DNA from: Vulcanimicrobiota bacterium
Lineage (GTDB): Bacteria; Vulcanimicrobiota; Vulcanimicrobiia; Vulcanimicrobiales; Vulcanimicrobiaceae
NCBI GenBank assembly: GCA_963820825.1
Contig: CAWGBN010000006.1
Location: 32,001 to 96,000 of the forward strand
Direction of reading: 5' to 3'
DNA length: 64,000 nt
Position numbers and translations under genes: made by a program. The notes under the pieces were generated by a model. The model was not told where the DNA came from. It did not search any database and saw nothing but the letters and a program-made list of their open reading frames with translations. Of this stretch, positions 49,407 through 59,761 are shown one piece after another; within the stretch, counting starts at the first letter, position 1, and each line of letters starts with the position of its first letter.

Positions 49407-50497
49407 GCGTTCTCTCTTCGCGACGTCAAGAGATCGATCCGGGCAAGAATCGCGGTCAGCGGGTCGGCTCCCCCCAAACGCGCGGCCCCTTCCGCCAGCT
49501 CGCGCAGCCGGAGCGGTTCGACCGTCTGCGCCAACAGGGAGGGCAAGCCTCCGTCTTGCAACTGCGCGTCGGTGAGGACGACGGCCGCACTGCCCGCGGC
49601 AAATCGTGCCGCGTTTGCGTCTTGATGGCCCTCCGCCGCATGCGGATACGGAACGAGGATTGCGGGCTTTCCGAGCGCGGCCAACTCGCCGAGCGTCGAC
49701 GCTCCGGCGCGCGAGAGAACCAGGTCGGCAACCGCGTACGCGTCGGCCATGTCGTCGAGATAGGCGCGCGCGTTCGGCAGCTCCGAGGCGACGCGATCGA
49801 AATCGGTTCGCCCCGTCAACGCCAGGAGTTGCCAACCCGGCGGCAATCCGCGCTCGCGCGTCATTTGGATCAAGGCATCATTGATCGAGCGCGCGCCTTG
49901 ACTTCCGCCCATCGCAACGAGCGTACGCCGCGACGGATCGAGCCCGAGGCGCGCGATCGCATCCTCGCGCGGCGGCAGCGCGCGCAACGTCGATCGGATC
50001 GGGATTCCGGTCGCCCGGTACTTCCCATTCGACCGGCCGCCGGCCGCGTACGGCGGAATCCAGACTTCGTCGACGATCGGGGCGAGTAGTCGGTTCGTCA
50101 AACCCGGCGCCGCGTTGGGCTCGAGCAGGACGAGCGGCGCGCGCGAGAGCCCCATCGCGCGCCGGATGCGCGCGGCCAGCGCGACCGGAAAGCAGACGTA
50201 GCCGCCCGTCGCAATTACGAGATCGGGTCGTTGCGCCGCGAGAAGCCGCAGGCTCTGGAGCGTGCCTTTGATATTCGATGCGATCGTTCGAACGAGGTCA
50301 AAGGAGGGCGAACGCGGCAGCGAGCGGCTCGAAATCGCGTGGAGATCGTAGCCGGCCGTCGGAACGATCGTCGCTTCGAGGCGATCGGCGGTACCGATGA
50401 AGGCAATCTTCGCGCGCCGCTCGCGTAAGGCATCGGCGATCGCGATCGCCGGATAGAGGTGCCCGCCGGTTCCGCCCCCAGCAAAGACGACGGTCAC
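49403..50497 (-). CDS. murG: Undecaprenyl-PP-MurNAc-pentapeptide GlcNAc transferase
   Basis: GGGTGGHLYP, GGYV, GGSQGA, RAGAST, HQDANA. Confidence 0.96.
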   Translation of the reverse strand: MTVVFAGGGTGGHLYPAIAIADALRERRAKIAFIGTADRLEATIVPTAGYDLHAISSRSLPRSPSFDLVRTIASNIKGTLQSLRLLAAQRPDLVIATGGYVCFPVALAARIRRAMGLSRAPLVLLEPNAAPGLTNRLLAPIVDEVWIPPYAAGGRSNGKYRATGIPIRSTLRALPPREDAIARLGLDPSRRTLVAMGGSQGARSINDALIQMTRERGLPPGWQLLALTGRTDFDRVASELPNARAYLDDMADAYAVADLVLSRAGASTLGELAALGKPAILVPYPHAAEGHQDANAARFAAGSAAVVLTDAQLQDGGLPSLLAQTVEPLRLRELAEGAARLGGADPLTAILARIDLLTSRRENA

Positions 50498-51642
50498 GTA
50501 TAGGGCGTCCGGCGCGCGTGGCGCGCCGGAGAGTTTCGCCCGACGTTGGCGATGAGCGCGACCGCAATGCAGTTGACGACGAGCGAGCTGCCGCCGAACG
50601 AGATGAAGGGCAACGGCACGCCGGTCACCGGCCACGACGACGAAACGACGCCGATATTGATGAAGGCCTGAATGGTGATCATCGCCGCGCAGCCGATCGC
50701 GAGGAAGAAGCCGAAGCGATCGGGTGCCGCAAGCGCGATGCGGATCGAACGGTAGGCAAGCGTAACGAAGAGGACGATGACGGCCAGCGTCCCGATCAAT
50801 CCCAACTCTTCGCCGAGCACCGAGAAGATGAAGTCCGTATACTGCTCGGGCAGATAGAAGAACTTCGCGCGCGAGGCGCCGAGACCGACGCCGAAGAGCC
50901 CGCCGCTCCCCAAGGCGAGGAGCGATTGAACGATGTGGAAACCGGTATTGAGCGGATCCTTCCACGGATCGACGAAGGCAAAGACGCGCGCGCGCCGGTA
51001 GGGACTCGCCAGCACGCTGAGCGCGGCAAACGGAACCATCGCGACCACGATCGCGGCGAGATGGAGTAGACGCGCGCCGCCGGCGAAGAAGAGCGCGAGC
51101 GCGATGAAGAGCAGCAGGCTCGCCGTGCCCATATCGGGTTCTTTGAGCACCAAGACCGCCATGATCGCGACCGGAATGCAGAGCGGAACGAGTCCGCGCG
51201 CGAGCGAGGTGATGCGCTCGCCGCGCGTCGACAAGACGGCAGAGAGATAGATCACCAGTGCGAGCTTCGCGAACTCCGAGGGTTCGATGCTCAATCCCGC
51301 CGCGCCGATCCAGCGGCGTCCGCCGTTGACGCCGAAACCGACGTGCGGAACGAAGACGAGCATGAGGCCGAAAATGGCCGCGACGAGCAGGTACGGCGCG
51401 ATCGAGCGCAATCGGTGATAGTCGATTCGATAACAAACGTAGGCGGCGCCCAGGCCGACGGCCAGCCAAATCAATTGACGCTTGAGATAGTACGCGATGT
51501 CGCCATGCTCGGCATACGCCGTCGCGCTCGACGCCGAGAAGACCATAACCAAACCGATCGCAATCAGCGCCGCGACGGCCGTGAAGAGCACGGTGTCGAG
51601 CGGCGCGCGCGCCGATGCGCGCAACGTCGCCGCGCTATGCAC
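50494..51642 (-). CDS. ftsW: SEDS peptidoglycan polymerase FtsW
   Basis: MVFSAS, RRWI, PSEFAK, EPDMGT, YLPEQYTDFIF, GEELG, PFISFGGSS. Confidence 0.95.
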   Translation of the reverse strand: MHSAATLRASARAPLDTVLFTAVAALIAIGLVMVFSASSATAYAEHGDIAYYLKRQLIWLAVGLGAAYVCYRIDYHRLRSIAPYLLVAAIFGLMLVFVPHVGFGVNGGRRWIGAAGLSIEPSEFAKLALVIYLSAVLSTRGERITSLARGLVPLCIPVAIMAVLVLKEPDMGTASLLLFIALALFFAGGARLLHLAAIVVAMVPFAALSVLASPYRRARVFAFVDPWKDPLNTGFHIVQSLLALGSGGLFGVGLGASRAKFFYLPEQYTDFIFSVLGEELGLIGTLAVIVLFVTLAYRSIRIALAAPDRFGFFLAIGCAAMITIQAFINIGVVSSSWPVTGVPLPFISFGGSSLVVNCIAVALIANVGRNSPARHARRTPYT

Positions 51643-53035
51643 CGGCCGTCTCCCGCAGCGCGTTGACGGCTGCAACGAACTGCTCGCCGCGGTCTTCGGC
51701 CGATTCGAACATGTCAAACGAGGCGCAGCCCGGTGAGAGTAAGACCACGCCGCCGGCACCCGCAAACTCCCGAGCGCGTCCGACCGCCTCTTCCATCGAT
51801 CCCGCGTGGGCGACGGCGACGCCGGAGGCGGCACGAGTGATCTCTTGCGCGGCTTCGCCGATCGTCACGAGCGCCCGCGCGCGCTCGCGGATCGCCGCGC
51901 CCATCGCTTCGAAGGTGGTGCCCTTCGCGCGTCCGCCGGCGATGAGGACGACCGGCACCTCGTAGGTATAGAGCGCCGCGACGACCGCCGCCGGATTCGT
52001 CGCCTTGGAATCGTCGACGTAGCGGATGCCGTCGATCTCGGCGACGGTCTTGAGACGGTGCGGCATCGGCTCGAAGCTCTTGATCGACTCACGCAGCGTT
52101 TCGACCGCGCACCCCGTCGCCAGCGCGGCGAGCAGCGCCGCCATTGCGTTGCGCACGTTGTGCTCGCCGGGAAGCGGGATCTCTTCGCGGGCAACGATCG
52201 GAATCGGCCGCGGATCGCCCGCGACCGGCGCATACATCACCAGCCCGTCGCGCAGGTACATCGTCGCGCGATCGGGGCGCTCGAGCGAGAACCAGAGCTG
52301 GCGCGCCTGCGCGCGCGCGTTGCCGTCGCGCCAATCCAGCACCGCAACGCGCGGATCGTCGAGATTGCCGACGAACCAGTCGGTCATCGATTGATTCGCG
52401 CAGATGCGATACTTCGCTTCGGCGTACTCCTCCATCGAATGGTAGCGGTCGAGATGGTCGGGCTCGATGTCGAGCAAGACCGCGACGCGCGGCTTAAACG
52501 CACGAATCGTCTCGAGCTGAAAGGAAGAGACCTCGGCAACGACCCACTCGTCGGCCGCCGCGCCGCGCACTTCCTTGATGAGCGGGTTGCCGATGTTTCC
52601 GCCGACCCGCACCCGCCGGCCGCAGCCGCGCAGCAAGTGTCCGATCAGCGCGGTGGTCGTCGACTTACCCTTCGTTCCGGTGACCGCCACGATCGGCGCC
52701 CCGCAGAGCCGGTAGGCGAGCTCGATCTCGCCGAGCACCGGAACGTCGGCTTCGTGCATGCGGCGCACGACCGGCGAGGTCGGCGGAACGCCGGGCGATA
52801 GCACCGCGCAGCCGAGATCGCGGGCGATCGCGCCAATCGACGCGGGCTCGACGAACTGCGCGCCGTGAGCCCGTGCGAAGGCGATGGGGTCGACGAGTTC
52901 CGCGACGGCCTTCTCGTCGGTCGCGTAGAGCGTCACGTTCTGCTCGCTCAAGATCTCGATACTCGCTAAACCGCTGCGTCCGAGGCCGATGATCAGGATC
53001 TTCTCGCCGGCATCAAATTGAAAAGGTTCGCTCAT
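51635..53035 (-). CDS. murD: UDP-MurNAc-L-Ala--D-glutamate ligase
   Basis: GLGRSG, SPGVP, TGTKGKSTT, GGNIG, EVSSFQL, DHLDR, DDSKATN, LLSPGCASFD. Confidence 0.97.
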   Translation of the reverse strand: MSEPFQFDAGEKILIIGLGRSGLASIEILSEQNVTLYATDEKAVAELVDPIAFARAHGAQFVEPASIGAIARDLGCAVLSPGVPPTSPVVRRMHEADVPVLGEIELAYRLCGAPIVAVTGTKGKSTTTALIGHLLRGCGRRVRVGGNIGNPLIKEVRGAAADEWVVAEVSSFQLETIRAFKPRVAVLLDIEPDHLDRYHSMEEYAEAKYRICANQSMTDWFVGNLDDPRVAVLDWRDGNARAQARQLWFSLERPDRATMYLRDGLVMYAPVAGDPRPIPIVAREEIPLPGEHNVRNAMAALLAALATGCAVETLRESIKSFEPMPHRLKTVAEIDGIRYVDDSKATNPAAVVAALYTYEVPVVLIAGGRAKGTTFEAMGAAIRERARALVTIGEAAQEITRAASGVAVAHAGSMEEAVGRAREFAGAGGVVLLSPGCASFDMFESAEDRGEQFVAAVNALRETAGA

Positions 53036-54003
53036 CGCACGATGGCCCATCCTAACAGCGAAGCGAGCACCGACGCAAGCCAAAAGCGCGAGGTCACCTT
53101 CGTCTCGGGCCATCCGCTGAGTTCGAAGTGATGATGCAGCGGGCTCATTCGCAGTATTCGCCGTCCGCCCGTCGCCTTGAAGTACCCGACTTGCAGGATG
53201 ACCGAGAGCGCTTCGGCGACGAAGACCGCGCCGATTACGACGAGCAGCAGCATCTCTCCGGTGAGTATCGCCGATCCGGCGAGTAAGGCTCCGAGCGCGA
53301 GCGAACCGGTATCGCCCATGAAGATGCGTGCCGGATGCAGGTTGAAGAGCAGAAAGCCGGCGCAGGCACCGATGCCCGCGGCGGCGGCAACGGCCACGCC
53401 CGGCACCGAGGCGCTCGTCGCGACGAGCGCGAGCACGACGAGCGGCGGAATCATCGTCCCGGCCGCGAGTCCGTCGAGACCGTCGGTGAGATTCACCGCA
53501 TGGGTCGTTGCGGTAATGGCGAGAATCCCGAGCAGCAGCCAGAGCCAGTGCGGCGCCACCAGCGCAAAGCTGCCGGCGTGGAAGAGGACGTCGGGCGGGA
53601 AGAGGCTCGGTGAGGCGGCCGCCACCCGCAAGAAGAACGCCGCGGCGAGCGCGGTCGCCAAGAACTTCGTGCGCGCGCGCAGGCCGCGATTCGCGCCGTT
53701 GCGGATCGCGAGCATATCGTCGACCGCGCCGATTCCGGCGCAGAGCGCGACGAGCAAGACGAGTTCGGGTAGTAAAGGAAGACGCACGCTCGCAAGCGCC
53801 ACGAGCAGCACCACGACGAAGACGATGCCGCCCATTGTCGGCGTTCCCGTCTTGGTTTGATGGGTTTCGGGAGCGTCTTCGTAGGCGCGCTGGCGCACCT
53901 CGAGGCGGCCGAGGATCGCGAGCAGCGCCGCGGTCGTGAGTGCGGCGACGAGAAAGCCGGCGAGAACCCAGAGACCGAGCGTCGCCCACGACGGATTGCT
54001 CAC
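53032..54003 (-). CDS. mraY: Phospho-MurNAc-pentapeptide transferase
   Basis: KTGTPTMGG, VDD, NLTDGLDGL, FMGDTGS, MSPLHHHFE. Confidence 0.96.
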   Translation of the reverse strand: MSNPSWATLGLWVLAGFLVAALTTAALLAILGRLEVRQRAYEDAPETHQTKTGTPTMGGIVFVVVLLVALASVRLPLLPELVLLVALCAGIGAVDDMLAIRNGANRGLRARTKFLATALAAAFFLRVAAASPSLFPPDVLFHAGSFALVAPHWLWLLLGILAITATTHAVNLTDGLDGLAAGTMIPPLVVLALVATSASVPGVAVAAAAGIGACAGFLLFNLHPARIFMGDTGSLALGALLAGSAILTGEMLLLVVIGAVFVAEALSVILQVGYFKATGGRRILRMSPLHHHFELSGWPETKVTSRFWLASVLASLLGWAIVR

Positions 54004-54713
54004 GACGGCGCCTCGAGCAGCGGATTCGGCCCGCTGGCGCGCCATTTCAGCACCACGATCGGCGTCTGCTCGTCGCTGTTGCCGTGGGGATTGTCGAGCA
54101 GCGTCGCTTCCACGCTTGTCGCGCGGACGCCGGTCGAACACCCCAGCACCTTCGCTCGTCCGAGATCGTTCACATCGACCACCGCGCAAGCGATGCCGGT
54201 CTGCTCTTGGACGAGGCGTGCGAAGCCGGCGGCGTCGCGCGGCGCGAAGACGATCGCACGCTCGTACGGCGGCATCGTCCCGGTGTAACCGTCGAAGGCC
54301 GCAATTGCTTCGCCCATTACCTCGTAGAAGGCGCCGCGCCGGCCGACGATCCGGCCGGCAAGCTGCAGCAGCGTCGCGTAGACGACCTTCCACGTTCCGA
54401 CCCGATCGATGACGAGCTGGACCGACTCCGGCTGACTGATCGTCGCCATCGGATCGGCGCGCCGCGAGAGTGCGAAGGCCAGGCGCGACGGGCGAACGTA
54501 CTCGGCGGCGAGCAGCTCGCCTTGCGCGATCGCAACGGCGGTCTCCGAAACGGTGATGACGTCACCCGGTCGCGCGATGCCGCGCACCGCGCGCGCGATC
54601 GATGCGACGAGATCGTCGCCGGGGCAAACGAGCGGCGTTCGGATGGGGATCGCGGTCAGCCCGGCCGGCACCTCCGGGCGGGTTACGAGCAGACCGCGCG
54701 TTGCAAGGCTCAC
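54000..54713 (-). CDS. CofE / F420-0:gamma-glutamyl ligase family protein
   Basis: IPIRTPLV.PGDD, DVITVSETAVAIAQG, DGYTGT, VVDVNDLG, DNPHGNSDEQTPIVV; 4-nt overlaps with both murF and mraY. Confidence 0.8.
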   Translation of the reverse strand: MSLATRGLLVTRPEVPAGLTAIPIRTPLVCPGDDLVASIARAVRGIARPGDVITVSETAVAIAQGELLAAEYVRPSRLAFALSRRADPMATISQPESVQLVIDRVGTWKVVYATLLQLAGRIVGRRGAFYEVMGEAIAAFDGYTGTMPPYERAIVFAPRDAAGFARLVQEQTGIACAVVDVNDLGRAKVLGCSTGVRATSVEATLLDNPHGNSDEQTPIVVLKWRASGPNPLLEAPS

Positions 54714-56086
54714 GTGCGCAACTCTTCGACGATCTCTTCCAATTTGTATCTGCGCGAGCCCTTCAAGAGGACGACGTCGTCGGGTCGAACGTGCTCGCGC
54801 AGCCATCGTGCCGCTTCGGAGTTCGTAGCGATCTGAACGATCTGGCGGTCGGTGAGACCGCCGCGCTGCGCGCCCCGCCGCAGATCGGCGGCATAATCTC
54901 CGCTCACCAGAAGCACGTCGACGCGCGCCGCCGCGTGAGCGCCGACGCGCTCGTGCAGCGCGCGCGACTCCTCGCCGAGCTCGGCCATCGAGGCGAGCAC
55001 CGCAATATGGCGCGCCGCCGTCTCGCCGGCAAAGGCGTCGAGTGCGGCAATCATCCCGTTGGCGTTGGCATTGTACGCATCGTAGATTAGTTGAATACCG
55101 TGCAGCGCGAGACGATCGTAGCGCCCTTGCGGTAGGCGCAGATCCGGGATCAGCGCGATGAGCGGTTCGAGCGGCACCTCGAGCTCGATCGCGCCCGCAA
55201 TCGCGGCCGCGAGATTCGCGCGGTTGTGCACTCCCGGCACCCGCACGTCCAACGCGAGCTCGACGCGCTCGCTGCCGGTACGATGGAGGAGACGCCGGTT
55301 GCCGAGCACGGTATACGCCGATCCCGCCAATGCGTGCTCTTCGATCGGCTCTTCCTCAACGGAGAACCAGTGCGGCGCACGAGCGAGCGTCACGGCGCGA
55401 CGGCGCGACGCTTCGTCGCCCGCGTTGAGCACCGCGCGCGCTCCGCGCGCAAAGAGTCCCCACTTCGTCTCCTCGAGACGCTCGCGCGAACGCATGATCT
55501 CCACGTGCGCGTCGCCGACGTTGGTGAGGATGCCGGCTTCGGGGCGAGCGATCTCGACGAGCGCCGCGACGTCGCCGTAATGGCGGGCGCCCATCTCGAC
55601 GACGAGCACGTCGTGGGCCTCGTTCGACGCGCGTAACAAGAGTTTGCTGACGCCGATCTCGTTGTTCTCGTTCTCGGGCGTGGCCAGGATACGCTCGCCG
55701 AACTTTGCCGCGAGCAACTGCGCGAGGAACGCTTTGGTCGTCGTCTTGCCGGTGCTGCCGGTAACGGCGATGACTCGGCCGCGAAAGCACCCGCGCGCCG
55801 CTCCCGCAAGCGCCATGTAGGCCGCCGTCGTATCGCGCACGAGCATCGTCGCGATACCCGGCACGCGCGCTTCGGGCCGGTCGACGACGAGCATCGAGGC
55901 GCCTCGCCGCACCGCCTCCGCAGCGTAATCGTGACCGTCGAACCGCTCGCCGCGCAACGCGACGAAGGTCTCGCCGGGTCGAATCGTCCGCGTATCGGTG
56001 TTCGCGCGAAGCGTCGCCGGTGCGGTTTGCCCGTCCACGAGCTTCGCCGAGGTTGCCGCGATTGCCGAATCGAGCGGAACGTTCAT
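54710..56086 (-). CDS. murF: UDP-MurNAc-tripeptide--D-Ala-D-Ala ligase
   Basis: FVALRGERFDGH, TGSTGKTTTK, NNEIG, EMGA, DAYNAN, LKGSR. Confidence 0.96.
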   Translation of the reverse strand: MNVPLDSAIAATSAKLVDGQTAPATLRANTDTRTIRPGETFVALRGERFDGHDYAAEAVRRGASMLVVDRPEARVPGIATMLVRDTTAAYMALAGAARGCFRGRVIAVTGSTGKTTTKAFLAQLLAAKFGERILATPENENNEIGVSKLLLRASNEAHDVLVVEMGARHYGDVAALVEIARPEAGILTNVGDAHVEIMRSRERLEETKWGLFARGARAVLNAGDEASRRRAVTLARAPHWFSVEEEPIEEHALAGSAYTVLGNRRLLHRTGSERVELALDVRVPGVHNRANLAAAIAGAIELEVPLEPLIALIPDLRLPQGRYDRLALHGIQLIYDAYNANANGMIAALDAFAGETAARHIAVLASMAELGEESRALHERVGAHAAARVDVLLVSGDYAADLRRGAQRGGLTDRQIVQIATNSEAARWLREHVRPDDVVLLKGSRRYKLEEIVEELRT

Positions 56087-57552
56087 CGCAGCGCCCCGCG
56101 CGCGGCGAGTGCTTCGCGCACGACCGCGCCGTCGTCGAACGGCAAGACGCGATCGCCGACGATTTGATAGGTTTCGTGCCCCTTCCCGGCGACGAGCACC
56201 ACGTCACCGGAACGGGCTTCGGCGATCGCTCGTTCGATCGCACGCCGGCGGTCGAGCTCCACGACATAATCTCGCCTGCCGATTCCGGCGGCGATCGCAT
56301 CGACGATTGCTTGCGGCGCTTCGGAACGCGGATTGTCGCTGGTGAGGTAGATGCGATCGGCGAGCCGCGCCGCGACCGCGCCCATCTCCGGGCGCTTTCC
56401 CCGATCGCGATCTCCGCCGCAGCCGAAGACGACGGCGATCCTGCCGTTCGCCGTCTCGCGCAGCGACTGCAGCGCCGATTCGAGCGCGTCGGGCGTGTGC
56501 GCGTAATCGACGACGACCGCGACGTCGCCGCCGGCGTGCCGCTCCATCCGGCCCGGAACGCGCGCGATCTGCGCGAGCGCCTGCGCGCTCGTGCCGTCGT
56601 CGATCCCGAAGCAGCGCGCGACGCCGATTGCGGCCAACGCGTTCCAAACGTTGAAACGCCCCGCCAGCGGAAGCTCGTACCGCCGTCCGTCGACGACGAA
56701 GCGGCTCGACCCCGCTTCGACGACGATCTCTTTCGGAACGAGGCTCGCATCGCGCTCCATACCGTAGGTGATCACCTCGCGTCCGTCGCGGCGCAGCTCC
56801 CCGGCCCATCGGCGGCCGTGCGGATCGTCGGCGTTGAGCACGCAGCGTTTCGCGAGCTCGAAGAGCCGCCGCTTTGCCGCAGCGTACGCTTCTACCGTTT
56901 CGTGAAAGTCGAGGTGGTCGCGCGCGACGTTGGTCAGGGCCGCCGCGAAGAAGCGCACGTCGTCGATTCGGTCGAGCGCAAGCGCGTGGGAGCTCACCTC
57001 CATCGCGACGGCGGCGGCGCCGGCGTCGCGCATCTCCGCGAGCAATCGGTGGAGTTCGGGCGGGAGCGGCGTCGTGTTCTCGAGATGCCATGTTTGCTCG
57101 GCGAACTCCGCGCCGACCGTCCCGACGACTCCGCACGGCGTTCCCGCAGCGCCCAGAATCGCGGCGATCATGTGCGTCACCGTCGTCTTGCCGTTCGTAC
57201 CGGTGACGCCGACCACCGCGAGATCGTGCGACGGATCGCCGTAAAATGCCGCCGCCAGCGCCGAGAGCGCGCGCCGCGCGTCGCGTACGCGCACGGCCGC
57301 AACCTCGGCCGGAAGGCTTACGTTCGCATCCGCCTCCAGGACCACGGCGCGAGCGCCTCGCGCGATTGCGTCGTCAACGTAGCGACGGCCGTCGGTATGG
57401 CTCCCGCGCAGCGCGACGAAGAGCGCGCCGGGTTCGACCTCGCGCGAGTCGATCGCAATCTGGGTAATCGTAAGGTCGCGCTCGCCGGAGATCTCCGTCC
57501 ACGCGACCCGGCTCAGCAGCGTCGCAAGCGCGACGCTGCGATCACCGCCCAC
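56083..57552 (-). CDS. murE: UDP-MurNAc-L-Ala-D-Glu--meso-DAP ligase
   Basis: GTNGKTT, MEVSSH, DHLDFH, DYAHTPD, GCGGDRD, DNPR (DAP-specificity motif), GKGHE. Confidence 0.97.
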   Translation of the reverse strand: MGGDRSVALATLLSRVAWTEISGERDLTITQIAIDSREVEPGALFVALRGSHTDGRRYVDDAIARGARAVVLEADANVSLPAEVAAVRVRDARRALSALAAAFYGDPSHDLAVVGVTGTNGKTTVTHMIAAILGAAGTPCGVVGTVGAEFAEQTWHLENTTPLPPELHRLLAEMRDAGAAAVAMEVSSHALALDRIDDVRFFAAALTNVARDHLDFHETVEAYAAAKRRLFELAKRCVLNADDPHGRRWAGELRRDGREVITYGMERDASLVPKEIVVEAGSSRFVVDGRRYELPLAGRFNVWNALAAIGVARCFGIDDGTSAQALAQIARVPGRMERHAGGDVAVVVDYAHTPDALESALQSLRETANGRIAVVFGCGGDRDRGKRPEMGAVAARLADRIYLTSDNPRSEAPQAIVDAIAAGIGRRDYVVELDRRRAIERAIAEARSGDVVLVAGKGHETYQIVGDRVLPFDDGAVVREALAARGALR

Positions 57553-59281
57553 GCCGTGCGACGGAAGCGCTCGGCAAGACTCCGGCGTGCAGCATGGCAT
57601 CGCGGGCGATCTCGGCAAATGCGGGTGCGGCGACGATGCTTCCGTAGTATGCGCCGATCGGCCGTTCCACTTTCACGTAAATGACGTAACGGGCATGCGG
57701 GTAGGGGACCATTCCGATGAACGACGCCGCGTAGTATCCCGCGCGATACTCACCGTCGACCACCATCTGCGCCGTACCGGTCTTTCCCGCCGTCGCATAG
57801 CCTGCAATCCGTGCGCTCGGGTCTCCGGTACCGTGAAGGACGACCGTGCGGAGGAACGAGCGCAGCTCCGCGGCAGTGCGCTGCGAGAATACGCGCCGCA
57901 CTACCTCCGGCGAGTAGCGCCGCACGAGCGCGCCATGCGGATCGTAAACGCCGTGCACGATGCGCGGCTGCATCAGCAGCCCGCCGTTGGCGATTGCGGC
58001 GTAGTAGCGCGTCATCGCCAGCGGCGTGACCGAGACGCCTTGACCGAAGGACATCGTCGCGAGTGACGAGCCGCTCCACTGCGACGGCGGCGGCACGATT
58101 CCCGGATTCTCGCCGGAAAGGCCGACGCCGGTTGGCGTTCCGAATCCCGCCTTGCGCTCCATCGCATAGAGTGTCTTGCCGCCGATCGCAAGACCGACCT
58201 CGGCCGCACCGACGTTGTGCGAAAGCGCGATGATCTGCTCGAGCGTCTCGCTGCCCCCGGCTCCCATGAGACCGTCTTCCGCATTGTGAATCGTCTGACC
58301 GCCTACTTCGATCTCGTTGCGCGCGGGAAAGCGGCTCGCGAGGGTGACTTTGTGCGATTCGAGGGCGGCGGCCGCAGTGATGAGCTTATACGTGGAGCCG
58401 GGTTCGTAGGCATCCATCACCGCGCGATCGCGCCGCTGCGCGTCGTTGAATTTCCAGAAGCGGTTCGGATCGAAATCCGGCATGTTGGCCATCGCGAGGA
58501 TCTCGCCGGTCCACGGATCCATCACGATCGCGGTTCCGTCGAGCGCGTGATACGCGTTCACCTGCTTCGCGAGCGCCCGCTCGGCAACGAACTGAAGGTA
58601 CGGATCGATCGTTAGCTCGACGTCCAATCCAGGCTGCGCCGGCATGATGACGCGCTCTCGGCCGAAGGGTATCGGGCGCCCGAACTCATCGGCTTCGAGC
58701 GTGACTCGTCCCGACTGACCGCGCAGCACGTCATCGTAGGCATATTCGATTCCGTCGAGGCCGTTTTCATCGGTACCGACAAAGCCGATGACGGTCGAGC
58801 CGAGGCGCCCGGCGGTGTCGACGCGTAATCCCGTCTGCTCTTCTTTGAGGTCGATGCCGATCAGGCCGAGACTGCGGACGCGCGCCGCTTCGTCGTGCGG
58901 CACCTTTCGCGCGATCCACGCGAACCAGAGATGCCGGTCGTGCAGCGCGGCGATCGTCGCCGCGTCGAGCCTGCCGAAGATCCGTTCGAGCTTCGTAACC
59001 GTCGCATCGGGATCGACGATCTCGCGCGGCACCGCGTAGACGCTCTCCGACGGGAGCGAACGGACGAGCACGTTTCCGCTGCGATCGAGAATGCCGCCGC
59101 GGCGTGCAAAGACCTCGACGGTATCGGAACGCTGGGCGAGCGCCTCTCTCGCATAGAGCGAACCTTTGAGCGCTTGGACGTCGTAGAGCCGCCACGCGAG
59201 AAAGAGCGCGACGATGAGACATGCATAGAACGAGAGCCGGGCGCGCATCGGAGCGACGCGCGCAAAGGTTCGCTGATGCAT
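57542..59281 (-). CDS. ftsI: Class B penicillin-binding protein (FtsI/PBP3)
   Basis: RGGILDR, EPGSTYK (SxxK), SHN (SxN), GKTGTAQ (KTG). Confidence 0.93.
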   Translation of the reverse strand: MHQRTFARVAPMRARLSFYACLIVALFLAWRLYDVQALKGSLYAREALAQRSDTVEVFARRGGILDRSGNVLVRSLPSESVYAVPREIVDPDATVTKLERIFGRLDAATIAALHDRHLWFAWIARKVPHDEAARVRSLGLIGIDLKEEQTGLRVDTAGRLGSTVIGFVGTDENGLDGIEYAYDDVLRGQSGRVTLEADEFGRPIPFGRERVIMPAQPGLDVELTIDPYLQFVAERALAKQVNAYHALDGTAIVMDPWTGEILAMANMPDFDPNRFWKFNDAQRRDRAVMDAYEPGSTYKLITAAAALESHKVTLASRFPARNEIEVGGQTIHNAEDGLMGAGGSETLEQIIALSHNVGAAEVGLAIGGKTLYAMERKAGFGTPTGVGLSGENPGIVPPPSQWSGSSLATMSFGQGVSVTPLAMTRYYAAIANGGLLMQPRIVHGVYDPHGALVRRYSPEVVRRVFSQRTAAELRSFLRTVVLHGTGDPSARIAGYATAGKTGTAQMVVDGEYRAGYYAASFIGMVPYPHARYVIYVKVERPIGAYYGSIVAAPAFAEIARDAMLHAGVLPSASVARRGR

Positions 59282-59311
59282 TCCTTCGACCGCCCTAGCG
59301 ACGGGTTACGC

Positions 59312-59761
59312 TCACTGCGAGCGCGTCACCGCCGGAGCGAAGAATCCGGCCAGCGTCGAGAAGAGTGCAAAACGCGACCGCACGCGAGCGACCCGCGGCG
59401 GCTCGATTCTCACGACCGCAAGGGTCTGCGGTTCGCGCATGCCCAATCGCGCGGCAATCGCCGCGAGCCGGTCGTCGGAACGAAGCGCGGCGATGCGATC
59501 GTCGAGCCGCATCGTCTCTTCCTGCAACGCTTCGCGGTCGGCTCGCGCCGTGGCCACCGCATAGCTCAACCCGGTGAGGCTGGACGTCAGCAGGACGTAG
59601 CTCATCAGCAAGAAGAGCAAGCAGCTCAGGGCGATGAAGACCCGGCCGACGCCCGTATAGCGCGCTCGCGATTTGCGCACCATCCGCCGCTGCGTCGCGG
59701 CCCGCACGGTTCGCGGGTTGCGAATCCGCGACGCGCGCTCGATGAGACGCGGTGCGACCAT
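59312..59761 (-). CDS. Cell division protein FtsL-like
   Basis: Basic N-terminus, one TM helix, coiled coil, ARLGM; lies between rsmH and ftsI. Confidence 0.75.
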   Translation of the reverse strand: MVAPRLIERASRIRNPRTVRAATQRRMVRKSRARYTGVGRVFIALSCLLFLLMSYVLLTSSLTGLSYAVATARADREALQEETMRLDDRIAALRSDDRLAAIAARLGMREPQTLAVVRIEPPRVARVRSRFALFSTLAGFFAPAVTRSQ

